Assembly (NCBI GenBank): GCA_020057115.1
Contig: JAGVGJ010000001.1
Location: 12,164 to 76,163, forward strand
Origin: Candidatus Omnitrophota bacterium
Lineage (GTDB): Bacteria > Omnitrophota > Gorgyraeia > 2-01-FULL-45-10
DNA length: 64,000 bases
Direction of reading: 5' to 3'
The notes under the pieces: model-generated
The model's database searches: none
What the model was told of the DNA's origin: nothing
The model's input: the letters and a program-made list of their open reading frames with translations, nothing else
Shown: one piece after another, positions 27,209 through 39,365 of the stretch
How positions within the stretch are numbered: the stretch's first letter is position 1
Layout of the letters: the number at the start of each line of letters is the position of its first letter
Made by a program: the position numbers and the translations under genes

Positions 27209-27337
27209 AGGCGCCTTCCGCGAGGCAACACCAGGACCTTCCAGAACATCTTAATAATTAATTATCTATTATAGCCTATTCTTTTTGACCAATTATCCGT
27301 TACATGGTATAATCCATTTATCAATTTTAGGAGTGTC

Positions 27338-28345
27338 ATGAAGAGACGTATATCCCTTATCATCCTGTCTAACCTCATCGCGGTAAGCCTGGCCTTAAGC
27401 ACGGCGAACGCCTATTGGCTATGGACCCCGGAGACCAAAAAGTTCATCAACCCCAAATACGCGGTAAAGGACAGTCCCAAAGAACAATATGAATGGGCCA
27501 TGAGCTTTTACAATGCCGGCGACTATACCCGCGCCGCCGCCGAATTCGAAAAGCTGGTCAAGAATTACGAGTATTCCGAATACGCCGCCAAGTCCCAATA
27601 TTACACAGGCCTCTGCTTTGAGAACCAGGGCAAGTACTTTACCGCATACCAGAACTACCAGAAGGCCATAGAGAACTTCCCGCACAGCGACAATATCGAC
27701 GAGATAATAGCGAGAGAATACAATATAGGCAATCTCTTCATGGCGAAGGTGAGCCCGAGGCTGATGGGCAACGACATACTTCCGCCGCTCGACAGGGCCA
27801 TAGAGATATATAAGAAGGTCGTCGATAACGCGCCCTTCGGAAGGCTCGCTCCCGAGGCGCAATTCCGCCAGGGCGAGGCGCTCAAGAAGTCCGAGAGGTA
27901 TGACGAGGCTATCGAAGTTTTCCAGAAGGTCGTCGATGACTATAAGGACTCGCAATATTACGAAAAGGCGAGGTACGAGATGGCTTACTGCGCCTATAAA
28001 TCATCGCTTAAACCCGCCTATGATGCCGCCCCCACGGATAAGGCCGTAAAAGCTTTCAGGGAATTCACGGACGCCAACCAGGATAAGGAGCTCTCGAAGA
28101 TAGCCGACATCACGATACTCCGCCTTAAGGATAAGGGCGCCGAGAAGTCTTTCGAGACAGCGAAGTTCTACGAAGGCGTAAAGCAGTATGGCTCAGCCCT
28201 TATATATTATAAGGATATCGTGAAGAGGTTCCCCGACAGCTCCTTCACGCCCGAGGCGAAGATAAAGATAAAGATATTGTCCGGCAGGCTTGCGCGGACT
28301 GCTTCAAAGAATAGCGGTGACAAAAAGTGGTTCAATATATTTTAA
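27338..28345 (+). CDS. BamD/YfiO-like TPR outer-membrane assembly protein
   Basis: Signal peptide, TPR repeats, AKFYE..SALIYYK..FPDS; upstream of lptE-holA. Confidence 0.75.
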   Translation: MKRRISLIILSNLIAVSLALSTANAYWLWTPETKKFINPKYAVKDSPKEQYEWAMSFYNAGDYTRAAAEFEKLVKNYEYSEYAAKSQYYTGLCFENQGKYFTAYQNYQKAIENFPHSDNIDEIIAREYNIGNLFMAKVSPRLMGNDILPPLDRAIEIYKKVVDNAPFGRLAPEAQFRQGEALKKSERYDEAIEVFQKVVDDYKDSQYYEKARYEMAYCAYKSSLKPAYDAAPTDKAVKAFREFTDANQDKELSKIADITILRLKDKGAEKSFETAKFYEGVKQYGSALIYYKDIVKRFPDSSFTPEAKIKIKILSGRLARTASKNSGDKKWFNIF

Positions 28346-28361
28346 ACCGGAGTCAAATACG

Positions 28362-28901
28362 ATGCTTAAAAGGTACTGTTCGTTAATAGCAGTTTTCATG
28401 TTATTCGTAGCGGGCTGCGGGTATACCACGCACTCGCTTTTGCCTTCAAACTATAAGACCATCTACGTCGACAGTTTCGGCAACAAGATAAAAGTCACGG
28501 CGGAACAGTCAAATATAAGGATGTACCGCGGATACAGGCCCGGCCTCGAAGGCGACATAACAAAGGCCACCATAGACAGGTTCCTCTTCGACGGTAACTT
28601 AAGGATAGCCCCCGAAAATACCGCAAATCTTATCCTCAAAGGAGAGCTCATAGACTTCAGGAAAGAGCCGCTGAGATACGACGCGAACGACAACATAGAG
28701 GAATACAGGCTGGTGCTCACCGTGAACATGGAACTCATAGACCCTGCTACGGATAAGGTCGTCTGGAAAGAAAACAGCTTTTCTGGAGAGACCACCTACA
28801 CGACGGGCGGCAGCCTTGCCAAAGATGAGTCCACCGCTGTCGTTGACGGGGTCAATGACCTGGCAAGACGCATAGTAGAGAGAACTATCGAAGCATGGTA
28901 A
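28362..28901 (+). CDS. lptE: LptE-family lipoprotein
   Basis: Lipobox VAGCGY; position between leuS and holA. Confidence 0.75.
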   Translation: MLKRYCSLIAVFMLFVAGCGYTTHSLLPSNYKTIYVDSFGNKIKVTAEQSNIRMYRGYRPGLEGDITKATIDRFLFDGNLRIAPENTANLILKGELIDFRKEPLRYDANDNIEEYRLVLTVNMELIDPATDKVVWKENSFSGETTYTTGGSLAKDESTAVVDGVNDLARRIVERTIEAW

Positions 28902-29854
28902 ATCCGGACGCCTCGGTATTTTTGTTCATCGGAAGCGAAGCGTATCTCAAAGAAAACGCGTTGAACAAGTTAAGGGCGTCTCTTTCCGCAGCCCCTTCTC
29001 TCGACCTGGACTACAAGATATTCCACGGAAGCCAATCTACCGCAAGAGAGATATTGGACCACGCCGCCACATTCCCTTTATTCTCCTCAAAGAAACTGAT
29101 CGTCATAAAAGAGTTCGACAGTCTTCCGAAAGAAGACCGCTCGCGCATTGCGGAATACCTGAAAGCCCCGGCCAGATCGACATATGTCGTAATAGACGCC
29201 GAGGAGGATGATGACGTAAAAGAGGTAAGCGCCTCTGTGCGCAATTCAAAGATAATGAGGTTCTCGAGTCCCGGCGAAGGGGAGCTGTCGAACTGGATAA
29301 CGAAATACCTCGCTGCGAAAGGCAAGTCGGTAGAGACTGGCGCGGTAGATATGCTCAAGGATCTTAAGGGGCCTGACCTTACGGCCCTTACGCAGGAGCT
29401 GGAGAAACTGATAAGTTTTGTCGGCCAAAGGACCTCGGTCAATGCTTCCGATGTCGAGACGCTTGTCGGCAAGAGCGCCGTAGAGTCGGCTTTTGAGCTT
29501 GGGTGGGCCATAGGGGATAAGGATGTCGCTAAGGCCATGAAGGTAGTCTCGGGTCTCATGCTTGAGGGAAATAGGCCGCATGAGACTATCGGGCTTATCT
29601 CATGGCACTTGAACCGCATACTGAAAGCGAAATTGCTCCAGAAGAGAGGCGAATCCGCGTCATCCATATCGGGGATATTGAAGATAGCCAGAAGACATCA
29701 GGACCATTTTTTCAGGCAGGCAGGTTCGTTCAGTCTTGAACGGATACAGAAGAAGATGGACGTGCTGCTCGAGGCGGACCTGGACATAAAGAGGACGAGG
29801 TTTGACCCCGTCCTCGTGCTTGAGCTTGCCATCGTGAGATTATGCCTTGGATGA
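28895..29854 (+). CDS. holA: DNA polymerase III delta subunit
   Basis: FLFIGSEAYL, PLFSSKKLIVI, QELEKL, ADLDIK. Confidence 0.88.
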   Translation: MVNPDASVFLFIGSEAYLKENALNKLRASLSAAPSLDLDYKIFHGSQSTAREILDHAATFPLFSSKKLIVIKEFDSLPKEDRSRIAEYLKAPARSTYVVIDAEEDDDVKEVSASVRNSKIMRFSSPGEGELSNWITKYLAAKGKSVETGAVDMLKDLKGPDLTALTQELEKLISFVGQRTSVNASDVETLVGKSAVESAFELGWAIGDKDVAKAMKVVSGLMLEGNRPHETIGLISWHLNRILKAKLLQKRGESASSISGILKIARRHQDHFFRQAGSFSLERIQKKMDVLLEADLDIKRTRFDPVLVLELAIVRLCLG

Positions 29855-30109
29855 AAGGCCGAGCCTTTTTGTCAGGCGGGAGACCTTTCTTGAGGCGGCG
29901 TTCTTGTGAAGCATGCCCTTTGAAGCGGCCTTATCTAATGTAGCGACAAGCATGCTTAGATATTTCTTTGCGTCATCTATTTTCTTGTCGATAAGGAGCT
30001 TTTCGAACTTCTTTATAGAAGTCTTGAGATCCGACTTTAAGGATATGTTCCTTAAGTGTCTTTTTTTGGATTTTCGTAACTCTTTGTAAGCAGACCGTTT
30101 ATGTGGCAA
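29840..30109 (-). CDS. rpsT: 30S ribosomal protein S20
   Basis: KRSAYK..RN..KS..LDKAASKG..HKNAASR. Confidence 0.95.
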   Translation of the reverse strand: MPHKRSAYKELRKSKKRHLRNISLKSDLKTSIKKFEKLLIDKKIDDAKKYLSMLVATLDKAASKGMLHKNAASRKVSRLTKRLGLSSKA

Positions 30110-30206
30110 TTGTAAACCCTCCGTTTTGCTGTTGTTTCAAGATATAGCTTAAGTTTATGAAGGCATGATTATAGCACCTCGAGAGCCGGGAGGTCAATAC
30201 TTTTAT

Positions 30207-31739
30207 ATGAGTAAAAAGGGACTTATAAAGTCTACAGGCGTAATATCGTTGGCCACGGCTTTAAGCAGGGTGCTGGGGTTCGTCCGGGATATAGTCATAG
30301 CCAATTATTTCGGCACGGCTATATATGCCCAGGCCTTTGTGGTGGCCTTCAGGATCCCGAACCTCATGAGGGATCTTGTAGGGGAGGGCGCGGCTAACGC
30401 GGCATTTGTGCCGGTCCTTACCGAAGAGCTTACAAAGAAGGGTAAGGGCGACTTCTTTAAGCTCGCGCAGGTGATATTAAATCTCCTCTTCTGGACGCTT
30501 CTTGTCATGACAGCCATAGGCATGTTTGCCTCTCCTTTGATAGTGAGGCTGATGGCTCCCGGCTTCCTGGCGGATCAAGCGAAGTTCGATGTGACTGTCC
30601 AGCTTACGAGGATGCTCTTCCCGTTCCTGGTTCTTGTGGGGCTATGGGCCTATGCTATGGGGGTCCTGAATACGCTCGGCCATTTCGCGGCCCCGGCCTT
30701 CGGCTCATGCCTGCTCAATATATCAATGATACTGTGCGCGATGTGGTTCGGCGAGAATGTCTTCGGACTTTCCGCAGGCGTCCTGGCCGGAGGGACGCTC
30801 CAGCTATTCATGCAATTCCCGCCGCTTTACGCGCACGGATGGAAGATGCGCTTAACCGGCGACTTTTCTCATCCTAAGGCCAGGAAGGTGGGGGCTCTTC
30901 TGTTGCCGCGCGCCCTCGGCGCGTGCGTATACCAGATAAACGTATTCATATCCACGATACTTGCTTCATTATCGTCCATAGTGGGTGATGGCGCAGTCGC
31001 GGCTCTCTATTATGCCAATAGGATATGGCAGCTTCCTCTGGCGATATTCGGCATCGCGCTCGCCCAGGCTATATTGCCGGCCATGTCAAGGCATGTGGCT
31101 TTGAATGACCACGGCAAGCTGAAGGACATGCTCTCATTCTCGCTCAATATCTTATTTTTTATATTAATACCATCAACGGTCGGGCTTATAATGCTGGGCG
31201 AGCCGATCACTAAAGTGCTGCTCCAGAGAGGGCTATTTACTGCCTATTCGACGCAGATAACCGCATCGGCCCTTGTCTTCTACTCGCTCGGGCTCGTGGC
31301 CTGCGGAGGCATAAAGATCCTCGTCAGCGCCTTCTATTCGATGCATGATACCATGACGCCGCTTAAATGCGCAGGGTGGTCGCTTGCGGCGAACATATTA
31401 TTCAACATAGCATTGATGTATCCGCTAAAAGTAGGCGGTCTTGCGCTGGCAACCTCAGCATCTGCCGTGGTCAATTTCGTCATGCTCTACATCATGCTCA
31501 GGAAGAAGATCGGGGATTTCGGGTCGAAGGGCATAGCCGACTCATTTTTAAGGGTCATGGTATCGTCGCTTGTAATGGCCGCAGCGCTGAAGATGCTCGC
31601 GCTGCGTTTTTCCGTTACAACAGCAGTCAATCTCGGTCTGGCCATAATAACAGGCCTGGCGGTATTTCTTCTCTCATCCTACCTGTTAAACGTAAAAGAG
31701 ATGAAGGACTTCCTCGGATGGGCATTAAAGAGAAGGTAA
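30207..31739 (+). CDS. murJ: Lipid II flippase MurJ
   Basis: SRVLGFVRD, AFRIPN, GEGA, LYYANR..QLPL. Confidence 0.93.
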   Translation: MSKKGLIKSTGVISLATALSRVLGFVRDIVIANYFGTAIYAQAFVVAFRIPNLMRDLVGEGAANAAFVPVLTEELTKKGKGDFFKLAQVILNLLFWTLLVMTAIGMFASPLIVRLMAPGFLADQAKFDVTVQLTRMLFPFLVLVGLWAYAMGVLNTLGHFAAPAFGSCLLNISMILCAMWFGENVFGLSAGVLAGGTLQLFMQFPPLYAHGWKMRLTGDFSHPKARKVGALLLPRALGACVYQINVFISTILASLSSIVGDGAVAALYYANRIWQLPLAIFGIALAQAILPAMSRHVALNDHGKLKDMLSFSLNILFFILIPSTVGLIMLGEPITKVLLQRGLFTAYSTQITASALVFYSLGLVACGGIKILVSAFYSMHDTMTPLKCAGWSLAANILFNIALMYPLKVGGLALATSASAVVNFVMLYIMLRKKIGDFGSKGIADSFLRVMVSSLVMAAALKMLALRFSVTTAVNLGLAIITGLAVFLLSSYLLNVKEMKDFLGWALKRR

Positions 31740-33130
31740 AAAAGCTTCCTGGATCGCCGGGCGTATATCTCATGAAAGATAACCACGGCGCAGTCCTGTA
31801 TGTCGGCAAGGCCGTGAACCTTAAGAAAAGGGTCGCAAGCTATTTCCGGCATAATGCCAGCCACGCCCAGCGCATAGCTTCTATGGTATCCCAGGTCGAA
31901 GATATCGACTGCATGCCGACCAACACCGAAGCCGAGGCGCTCATATATGAGAATAGCCTTATAAAGCAGTTCTCGCCAAAATACAATGTCGCCTTGAAGG
32001 ATGGCAAGAGCTATCCTTTGCTAAAACTCACGGCCAGTGAAAAATTCCCGCGCCTTCTGATCACAAGAGAGAAGAAAGACGACGACGCAGATTACTTCGG
32101 GCCGTATTCTAACGCGAAGCTCCTCAGGAGCGCGGTCACTATAATGAAGCGCATATTCCAGCTAAGGACATGCGCCAAGATGCCTAAGTCGGTCTGTTTA
32201 AATTACCATATAAAGCAATGTCTCGGACCATGTGAGGGCAAGATAGACGAGAAAAGATACAAAGATATTATAACTGAATTAAAGATGTTCCTGCGCGGCA
32301 GGAAGAAGGAACTTTTGGATCTACTCTCAGAGAAGATGGTATCAGCCTCGAAGCGTGAGGATTATGAGGAGGCCTTAAGGCTCAGGGACAGGATCGAGGC
32401 GCTAGGTTCTATACGATCAGATAAGGTCATATATGGCCCGATGAGCGAGCTCTCCGAGCTTAAAGAGATGCTGGGCCTAAAAAGCGACATAGATCTCATA
32501 GAGGCATTCGATATATCTAATATAATGGGCGAAGAGGCGGTCGGCTCCATGATATCTTTCCATAAAGGTAAACCCAATAAAAGCGGTTACCGGAAATTCA
32601 GGATACGATCGGTTGAAGGTATAGATGATTACAGCATGATGCGCGAAGTGGTCAGAAGGCGCTATCAGATGGCCCTTAAAGAAGGTTCGGCCATGCCGGA
32701 CCTTATATTGATAGACGGTGGGAAGGGCCATCTTTCCGTAACCCTTGAAGAGTTAAAGAAGCTTGGGTTGTCCGGAATACCGGCCATAGGGATAGCCAAG
32801 GAGTTCGAGCATATATATTTAAAGGACAGGAAAGACCCGGTGGTCCTCCCCGAAGGGTCTAAGGCCCTCCATCTTTTAGAACGCATAAGGGATGAAGCTC
32901 ACAGGTTCGCGATAACTTACCATAAGAAGCTGATGTCAAAAAGGGTGGGCCTGTCTGAGCTTAATGGTATTCCGGGCGTGGGGCCGAAACGGAGAAAGGC
33001 GCTAATGCTCAAGTTCGGGTCGGTCGAAGGCATAAAGAGCGCTACTTTAGAAGAACTGATAAAACTGGACGGAATGGATGCGAGATCGGCAAAGAATATT
33101 ATCGAGCATTTTAAAGGACAAAAGCTTTAG
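31718..33130 (+). CDS. uvrC: Excinuclease ABC subunit C
   Basis: PGVYLM..YVGKA (GIY-YIG), FDISN, DGGKGH, RDEAHRFA, HhH; start moved to ATG 31718. Confidence 0.93.
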   Translation: MGIKEKVKKLPGSPGVYLMKDNHGAVLYVGKAVNLKKRVASYFRHNASHAQRIASMVSQVEDIDCMPTNTEAEALIYENSLIKQFSPKYNVALKDGKSYPLLKLTASEKFPRLLITREKKDDDADYFGPYSNAKLLRSAVTIMKRIFQLRTCAKMPKSVCLNYHIKQCLGPCEGKIDEKRYKDIITELKMFLRGRKKELLDLLSEKMVSASKREDYEEALRLRDRIEALGSIRSDKVIYGPMSELSELKEMLGLKSDIDLIEAFDISNIMGEEAVGSMISFHKGKPNKSGYRKFRIRSVEGIDDYSMMREVVRRRYQMALKEGSAMPDLILIDGGKGHLSVTLEELKKLGLSGIPAIGIAKEFEHIYLKDRKDPVVLPEGSKALHLLERIRDEAHRFAITYHKKLMSKRVGLSELNGIPGVGPKRRKALMLKFGSVEGIKSATLEELIKLDGMDARSAKNIIEHFKGQKL

Positions 33131-33389
33131 CGGTTTCGAGAAGGCTGTTTATAGAGCTGTCTTCGGGATACCGAAAGGCCAGACCCGCTCATATGCCTGG
33201 GTAGCAAAGACGATCGGCTGCCCGCGCGCATCCAGGGCCGTTGGGAATGCATTAAATAGAAACCCGTATCCGGGTCCGATACCATGCCATCGCGTCATAA
33301 GGTCTGACGGATCCATGGGAGGATATGCGGAAGGTTGCCGCAAAAAGCGGAGGTTGCTTAAAGACGAGGGTGCTGGTATAATCGGTTAG
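33078..33389 (+). CDS. MGMT-family methylated-DNA--protein-cysteine methyltransferase (C-terminal domain only)
   Basis: IPKGQTRSY, RAVGNAL, active-site PCHRV. Confidence 0.85.
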   Translation: MRDRQRILSSILKDKSFSGFEKAVYRAVFGIPKGQTRSYAWVAKTIGCPRASRAVGNALNRNPYPGPIPCHRVIRSDGSMGGYAEGCRKKRRLLKDEGAGIIG

Positions 33390-33417
33390 ACTATTATTAG
33401 GAATAAGGGCATACTCT

Positions 33418-34540
33418 ATGATACAAGAGCTGAATAATGACATAAAACTGAGCGAAGAGAAGCTGAAAGAGCTCAGAGGTTATCTTTGACGTCGATAACA
33501 AGCTAAAGAGGATAACTGTCCTTGAGGAAGAGATCTCCAGGCCAGATTTTTGGAGCAATGAAACACGTTCCAAAGAGGTCATCAGAGAGCTCAAATACTT
33601 AAAAGCCATAGCAGAGCCGTTCTCAAAGCTCACAAGTGATCTTAAAGATATAAAAGAGATAGTCTCCATAGCCGAATCCGGCGACGCGGAATCACTGAAA
33701 CACTTCAAAGAAGAGCTTTCCAGGATAAAACTCAAGATAGATGATATAGAGTTCAGAAGCCTTCTGGGAGAGGAAGCGGATAGTTGTAATGCAATAATGA
33801 GTATCAATGCCGGAGCCGGGGGCACCGAATCATGCGATTGGGCGGGTATGTTGCTGAGGATGTATACCAAGTGGGCCGAGGCAAGAGGATGCGAGATCGA
33901 AAGGATAGACCAGCTCGCAGGTGAAGAGGCGGGCATAAAGAATGTCACGGTGCTCATAAAAGGCGATTATGCTTACGGGTACCTCAAGAGCGAGTCAGGC
34001 GTCCATCGTCTTGTCAGGATCTCGCCTTTCGATTCAAATAAGAGGCGCCACACTTCATTTGCTTCCGTTGATGTCATACCCGAAGTGTCCGACGATATCC
34101 AGATAGACGTAAAGGAACAGGATCTAAAGATAGACACTTATCGCGCCGGAGGCAAGGGCGGCCAGCATGTCAATAAGACCGACTCCGCTGTCAGGATAAC
34201 GCATATTCCTTCAGGCATAGTCGTCCAGTGCCAGAACGAAAGATCGCAGGGCAAGAACAAGGCGATGGCGTTTAAGCTGTTGAGGGCGAAACTTTATGAG
34301 AAAGAGCGTCTTGCCAAAGAGAAGCTGGTGGCTAGCGCTTACGATTCAAAGAAGGAGATCGCCTGGGGCAGCCAGATAAGGTCTTATGTGCTCCATCCGT
34401 ATTCCATGGTAAAGGACCACAGGACAGGCTGTGAGACAGGGAATGCCGAGGCGGTCCTTGAAGGGAAGATAGACGCGTTCATCGAGGCATATTTAAAAAG
34501 GGGCAAGGGTCCGGGGTCTGGGGTCCAGGAGAAGGGGTAG
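33418..34540 (+). CDS. prfB: Peptide chain release factor 2 with programmed +1 frameshift
   Basis: ATG 33418, AGAGGT-TAT-CTT-TGA-C at 33475-33490; the +1 frame continues into the SPF and GGQ motifs. Confidence 0.95.
34506..34529 (+). repeat. Heptamer array in the prfB C-terminal tail
   Basis: agggtccggggtctggggtccagg, encoding KGPGSGVQ. Confidence 0.7.
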
Positions 34541-34541
34541 A

Positions 34542-37289
34542 ATGTTAAATTTCATAATGAAGAAGATAATAGGGACGCAGAACGAGAGGGCCTTGAGGCC
34601 TTTAAGGCCTGTCGTCGATAAGATAAATTCTTTTGAGCCGGCGATATCGAAGCTGTCTGACTCCGGACTTCGCGCCAAGACAGACGAGTTCAGAACTAAG
34701 ATAGCCGCGCGGCATAAGGAGATGGCCGACGAGCTAAAGGAGATGGAGGCGGCGTATCTGGCCTCTACAGCGCCCACCGAAAAGGAGAGGCTGAAGCGAA
34801 AACTCCGGGATATGAAGAACCGGATATTCGATGACGTCCTGCCGGAAGCTTTTGCGGTCGTAAGGGAGGTCTCGAAGCGCGTCAATAAGATGAGGCACTT
34901 CGACGTCCAGCTCATGGGCGGAATGGTCCTCCACCAGGGCAAGATATCCGAGATGGCTACGGGCGAGGGAAAGACTCTTGTGGCCACGCTTCCGGTGTAT
35001 CTTAATGCCCTGACCGGCGAAGGTGTCCATGTAGTCACGGTTAACGATTACCTGGCCAAGAGAGATCGCAATTGGATGGGGCCGATATATGAATTCTTGG
35101 GGCTTACGGTCGGCGTGATACAGCATGATATTGGACAAGAGGCCCGCAAGCAGGCATATGGCGCGGATATAACTTACGGGACGAATAACGAATTCGGGTT
35201 CGACTATCTTCGGGACAACATGGTGGTCCGCAAAGAGGATATGGTCCAAAGGGGATTGAATTATGCGATCGTTGACGAGGTCGATTCGATACTTGTCGAT
35301 GAGGCGAGGACGCCGCTTATCATATCAGGCCCTGCGGAAGAATCTACGGATAAGTATTACATCATAAACAAGATAGTCCCGCGCCTTAAAGGTAAGATAA
35401 CAACCGACAAGGAAGAGATCGAAGCGAAGTATAAGGGGTTGGACCTTGAAAAAGGCATAGATTATGTGGTGAACGAAAAGAACCATACGGTGAACCTGAC
35501 CGAAGAGGGCGTCACCAAATGCCAGGACATGATAGGGGTGAAGAACCTTTATGATGACATACAATCCGAATGGGAGCACCACATAAGGCAGGCCTTAAGG
35601 GCGCATGTCCTATACAAGAAAGACGTAGATTACGTTGTTAAGGACGGCGAGGTTATGATAGTCGATGAATTCACCGGCCGTCTTATGCCGGGAAGGCGGT
35701 GGTCCGACGGTCTTCATCAGGCTGTGGAGGCGAAGGAGGGAGTTAAGATAGAGCGGGAGAACCAGACCCTCGCCACTATAACATTCCAGAACTACTTCAG
35801 GATGTACCGCAAGCTCGCAGGCATGACCGGAACCGCCGAAACCGAAGCTGTCGAGTTCGAGAAGATATACGGGCTCGATGTCGTAGTGATGCCTACAAAC
35901 CAGCCTATGAAGAGGTCAAATTTCCCGGATATCATATATAAGACGGAAAGGGAGAAGTTCAATGCCGTAGTCTCCGAAATAGCGGAACTCCATAAGGTCG
36001 GAAGGCCGGCCCTTGTCGGAACTATCTCGATCGAAAAATCGGAGATGCTCTCCAGCTTATTAAAACGCAGCGGTATTCCTCACCATGTCTTGAACGCAAA
36101 ATATCATGAAATGGAAGCCGAGATCATAGCCAATGCCGGGCAGAAACATACCATAACTATCGCCACTAACATGGCGGGTCGCGGCACTGACATAGTCCTG
36201 GGCGAGGGTATAGCCGCGCTCGGGGGGCTTCATGTCCTCGGGACGGAGCGGCACGAATCTCGCCGCATCGATAATCAGCTGCGCGGCCGTTCGGGCCGCC
36301 AGGGTGATCCTGGCTCGAGCAGATTCTACCTATCCCTCGAAGACGATCTCATGAGGATATTCGGCTCCGACAAGATCAAGAATGTCATGGAAAGGCTCGG
36401 CATGGAGGAAGGCCAGGATATCCAGCATCCCTTCATAACCAGGGCCATAGGCACAGCCCAGAAGCGCGTTGAGCAGCATAACTTTGATATAAGAAAACAT
36501 ATCCTCGAGTATGACAATGTCATGAACCGCCAGAGGGAGGTCATATACGACGAAAGGCGCAAGATACTCTTCGGAGAGGACCTGAAAGGTTATATACATG
36601 ATGTCATGGAAGAGGTCATTGAAGGCGCGCTCGACACCTATCTGAATGAAAAACTGCGGTTCGATGAGTGGGATTTTGAGGGCTTAAGACAGTATCTTGA
36701 GCTGGGATTTGGCATCAAGGCTAAAGACCTCAACCTCGAAGAGACGCCCAGGCCCGGTATAATGGATGCGATATTGGAGAGGATGAAGGCCACATATGAA
36801 TTGAAGGAAAAGTCTCTCGGAGGACCGATGATGAGGCATCTTGAGAGGATGATACTCCTCCAGGTGGTGGATTCAAGATGGAAAGACCATCTTTATGCCA
36901 TGGACAGCCTTAGAGAGGGCATAGGATTGAGGGCATACGGCCAGCGCGACCCATTGATAGAATATCAGCATGAAGGATACGGCATGTTCATGGATATGAT
37001 AGACAGGATCAAAGAAGAGACTCTCGAATATCTCTTTCGGGTCCAGACCGTTCAAGAAGAGGCAAAGTCCGCAGTATTCGATTTTTCCAAACAGAACCTG
37101 GTCCACGAAGAGAAGAGCCAGTTCCAGGATGTGCCCTCCGAAGAAGGCGGCCAGGCGGCAATGTCTTATGCCGGGCAATTGCCGGAACAAAAGGCAGAGA
37201 CTTATAAGAGGGAAGAGCCCAAGGTGGGCCGTAATGACCCCTGTCCGTGCGGCAGCGGCAAGAAATATAAGAAGTGTTGCGGCGAATGA
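34542..37289 (+). CDS. secA: Preprotein translocase SecA
   Basis: [49 protein letters not shown]. Confidence 0.97.
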   Translation: MLNFIMKKIIGTQNERALRPLRPVVDKINSFEPAISKLSDSGLRAKTDEFRTKIAARHKEMADELKEMEAAYLASTAPTEKERLKRKLRDMKNRIFDDVLPEAFAVVREVSKRVNKMRHFDVQLMGGMVLHQGKISEMATGEGKTLVATLPVYLNALTGEGVHVVTVNDYLAKRDRNWMGPIYEFLGLTVGVIQHDIGQEARKQAYGADITYGTNNEFGFDYLRDNMVVRKEDMVQRGLNYAIVDEVDSILVDEARTPLIISGPAEESTDKYYIINKIVPRLKGKITTDKEEIEAKYKGLDLEKGIDYVVNEKNHTVNLTEEGVTKCQDMIGVKNLYDDIQSEWEHHIRQALRAHVLYKKDVDYVVKDGEVMIVDEFTGRLMPGRRWSDGLHQAVEAKEGVKIERENQTLATITFQNYFRMYRKLAGMTGTAETEAVEFEKIYGLDVVVMPTNQPMKRSNFPDIIYKTEREKFNAVVSEIAELHKVGRPALVGTISIEKSEMLSSLLKRSGIPHHVLNAKYHEMEAEIIANAGQKHTITIATNMAGRGTDIVLGEGIAALGGLHVLGTERHESRRIDNQLRGRSGRQGDPGSSRFYLSLEDDLMRIFGSDKIKNVMERLGMEEGQDIQHPFITRAIGTAQKRVEQHNFDIRKHILEYDNVMNRQREVIYDERRKILFGEDLKGYIHDVMEEVIEGALDTYLNEKLRFDEWDFEGLRQYLELGFGIKAKDLNLEETPRPGIMDAILERMKATYELKEKSLGGPMMRHLERMILLQVVDSRWKDHLYAMDSLREGIGLRAYGQRDPLIEYQHEGYGMFMDMIDRIKEETLEYLFRVQTVQEEAKSAVFDFSKQNLVHEEKSQFQDVPSEEGGQAAMSYAGQLPEQKAETYKREEPKVGRNDPCPCGSGKKYKKCCGE

Positions 37290-38869
37290 ACAAAAAAGAA
37301 GATGTCTCAAATTTAATATTTCGCATGGCCCTTGCGTCGGTATCGGCGCTCCTCCTGGTCCTCGCATTTCCAGGCTTCAACCTCTCGTTCCTGGCCTGGA
37401 TAGGCATGGTGCCGCTATTCTTCGCCCTTGAAGGCAAGAAGGCGGGGGAGGCTTTTCTTATAGCATACACGGCCGGCATAGTATTCTTTCTCGGGACGGT
37501 CTGGTGGCTTATCCACGTCACGCTCCCCGGCATGATAGTCCTGGTCCTGTATCTCGGGCTATTCTTCGGAGGATTCGGGGCCATAGCTTCGCTCGGCCTC
37601 TCGCCCTCAAAAAATATCTCCAACCGCGCGCTCGATTATATGGCGCTATTCCTCATACCGGCCGCCTGGGTTACCTGTGAGTGGATGCGATCGACCCTAT
37701 TCAGCGGCTTCGGATGGGTGGCCTTAGGCTATTCGCAGAGCTCAAGCCTTCCGGTCATCCAGATAGCCGACATAACCGGCGTTTACGGAGTAAGTTTTAT
37801 AATAGTGATGGTAAACATAGCGATATTCATAACCCTAAAGAGCCAGCAGGAGAGGGGCGCCACTATAGATATCTCCATGGCGCTCGCGATAATCATCGTA
37901 TTTATCTCGCTCGGCTACGGTTATTTTAGGATGAACAATATATTTACGGGTGAGAAGATAAAGGTAAGCGTTATACAGGGGAACATACCCCAGGACAAGA
38001 AATGGGATTCCGCCTTCAGATCATTCATCATGGACAAATACGAGGACCTGACGAAGAAGGCCGTCAAGCGGAAGGTCGATCTCGTGGTCTGGCCGGAGAC
38101 ATCTGTGCCGGGCTTTGTCGAATCCGAGCCGGACCTGTTCGAAAGAATACAAAAGCTTGCTATTGATGGCAATACCCCGCTTCTTGTCGGCACTTTGAGA
38201 GAGGACAGGAATGTGAGAGAAAGGTATTATAATAGCGCAAGCCTTTTCCTGGGGAACGGGAATATTGAGGCGACATACGATAAGATACATCTCGTGCCTT
38301 TCGGAGAATATATACCGCTTAAAAAAGTATTTTCATTCGTAGAAAAGATCGCTCCCGCTCCTATCGGGGACGTGACTAATGGTAAGGATCATACGGTATT
38401 CTCCTTTATCGTAAAGAGAGTGTCGAAAGACGAGGATGTCACGTTAAAGCTCACAAAGAAGATCAAGTTCTCCTGCCTGGTATGCTTCGAGGATATGTTC
38501 CCGGAGATAGCAAGAGAGTTCGTCAAGAGGGGCGCCGGTTTTCTTGTCAATATAACTAATGACGCCTGGTATAAGAAGACCTCCGCCGCGTGGCAGCATG
38601 CGCAAGGCTCCATCTTCAGGGCTGTAGAGAACAGGGTCGCGGTCGTTCGCGCGACCAATACAGGCATATCCTGTTTTATAGACCAGAAGGGCAGGGTCAC
38701 GAGCGTCATCCAGGACAATAAAGAGAGCCTCTTCGTCGACGGCTATGGGCAGGACGATGTATTGATAACAAATATCCGAACATTTTACAATCTCTACGGC
38801 GATGTATTTGCATACATATGCATATTTGCGACGATATTATTACTATATGCAGCCATATTGTTAAAATAG
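37286..38869 (+). CDS. lnt: Apolipoprotein N-acyltransferase
   Basis: [35 protein letters not shown]. Confidence 0.93.
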   Translation: MNKKEDVSNLIFRMALASVSALLLVLAFPGFNLSFLAWIGMVPLFFALEGKKAGEAFLIAYTAGIVFFLGTVWWLIHVTLPGMIVLVLYLGLFFGGFGAIASLGLSPSKNISNRALDYMALFLIPAAWVTCEWMRSTLFSGFGWVALGYSQSSSLPVIQIADITGVYGVSFIIVMVNIAIFITLKSQQERGATIDISMALAIIIVFISLGYGYFRMNNIFTGEKIKVSVIQGNIPQDKKWDSAFRSFIMDKYEDLTKKAVKRKVDLVVWPETSVPGFVESEPDLFERIQKLAIDGNTPLLVGTLREDRNVRERYYNSASLFLGNGNIEATYDKIHLVPFGEYIPLKKVFSFVEKIAPAPIGDVTNGKDHTVFSFIVKRVSKDEDVTLKLTKKIKFSCLVCFEDMFPEIAREFVKRGAGFLVNITNDAWYKKTSAAWQHAQGSIFRAVENRVAVVRATNTGISCFIDQKGRVTSVIQDNKESLFVDGYGQDDVLITNIRTFYNLYGDVFAYICIFATILLLYAAILLK

Positions 38870-38995
38870 AAAAAAGGTTAATTTTAGCTATTGCAACTTG
38901 TTTAATAAGTGATATACTAATAATGAAGAAGGAATTTTTTTTGGGGATAAAGTAAATAGTTTTAAAAAGTTATTAGAAATCCGAAGAGGAAGAAA

Positions 38996-39358
38996 ATGAA
39001 ACTCAAAACGATCTTCACATTAATAGGAGTGATGGCTCTGACCATTACGATGGCCAGTCCTGCTTCCTTCTGCAACGGCGCGGGGGCGTCTAACAGCGCC
39101 AACTACGTGTCCGATCTGCAGAACAAGCAGGAGTCCGTCACTTCTATTAAAGAAGATACGGTAAATATACAGAAGGAGCTTTTAAGGAAGATCGATGAGA
39201 CAGGGGTGGTATGTTCCCCGGGAGGGCAGTTTTCCAAACTGGAAGTTTCCGGCAAGGAGCTTATCGAGCTTGTCCCGCCTAGCGCAAGGATATATCTGGA
39301 AGCTTGCAGGATGTCAGGCACTCTGACGCCGCAGGCGGACACCAAGAAAAAGAAGTAA
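38996..39358 (+). CDS. Hypothetical secreted protein
   Basis: Signal-peptide-like N-terminus, SD gagga, promoter-like ttgcaa..tatact upstream. Confidence 0.6.
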   Translation: MKLKTIFTLIGVMALTITMASPASFCNGAGASNSANYVSDLQNKQESVTSIKEDTVNIQKELLRKIDETGVVCSPGGQFSKLEVSGKELIELVPPSARIYLEACRMSGTLTPQADTKKKK

Positions 39359-39365
39359 TCCCGCC

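Noticed and set aside
31367-31717. N-terminal extension of the uvrC ORF
   Set aside because: It overlaps murJ in another frame; UvrC similarity begins at ATG 31718
33418-33796. prfB as a truncated gene or pseudogene
   Set aside because: Explained by the canonical programmed +1 frameshift
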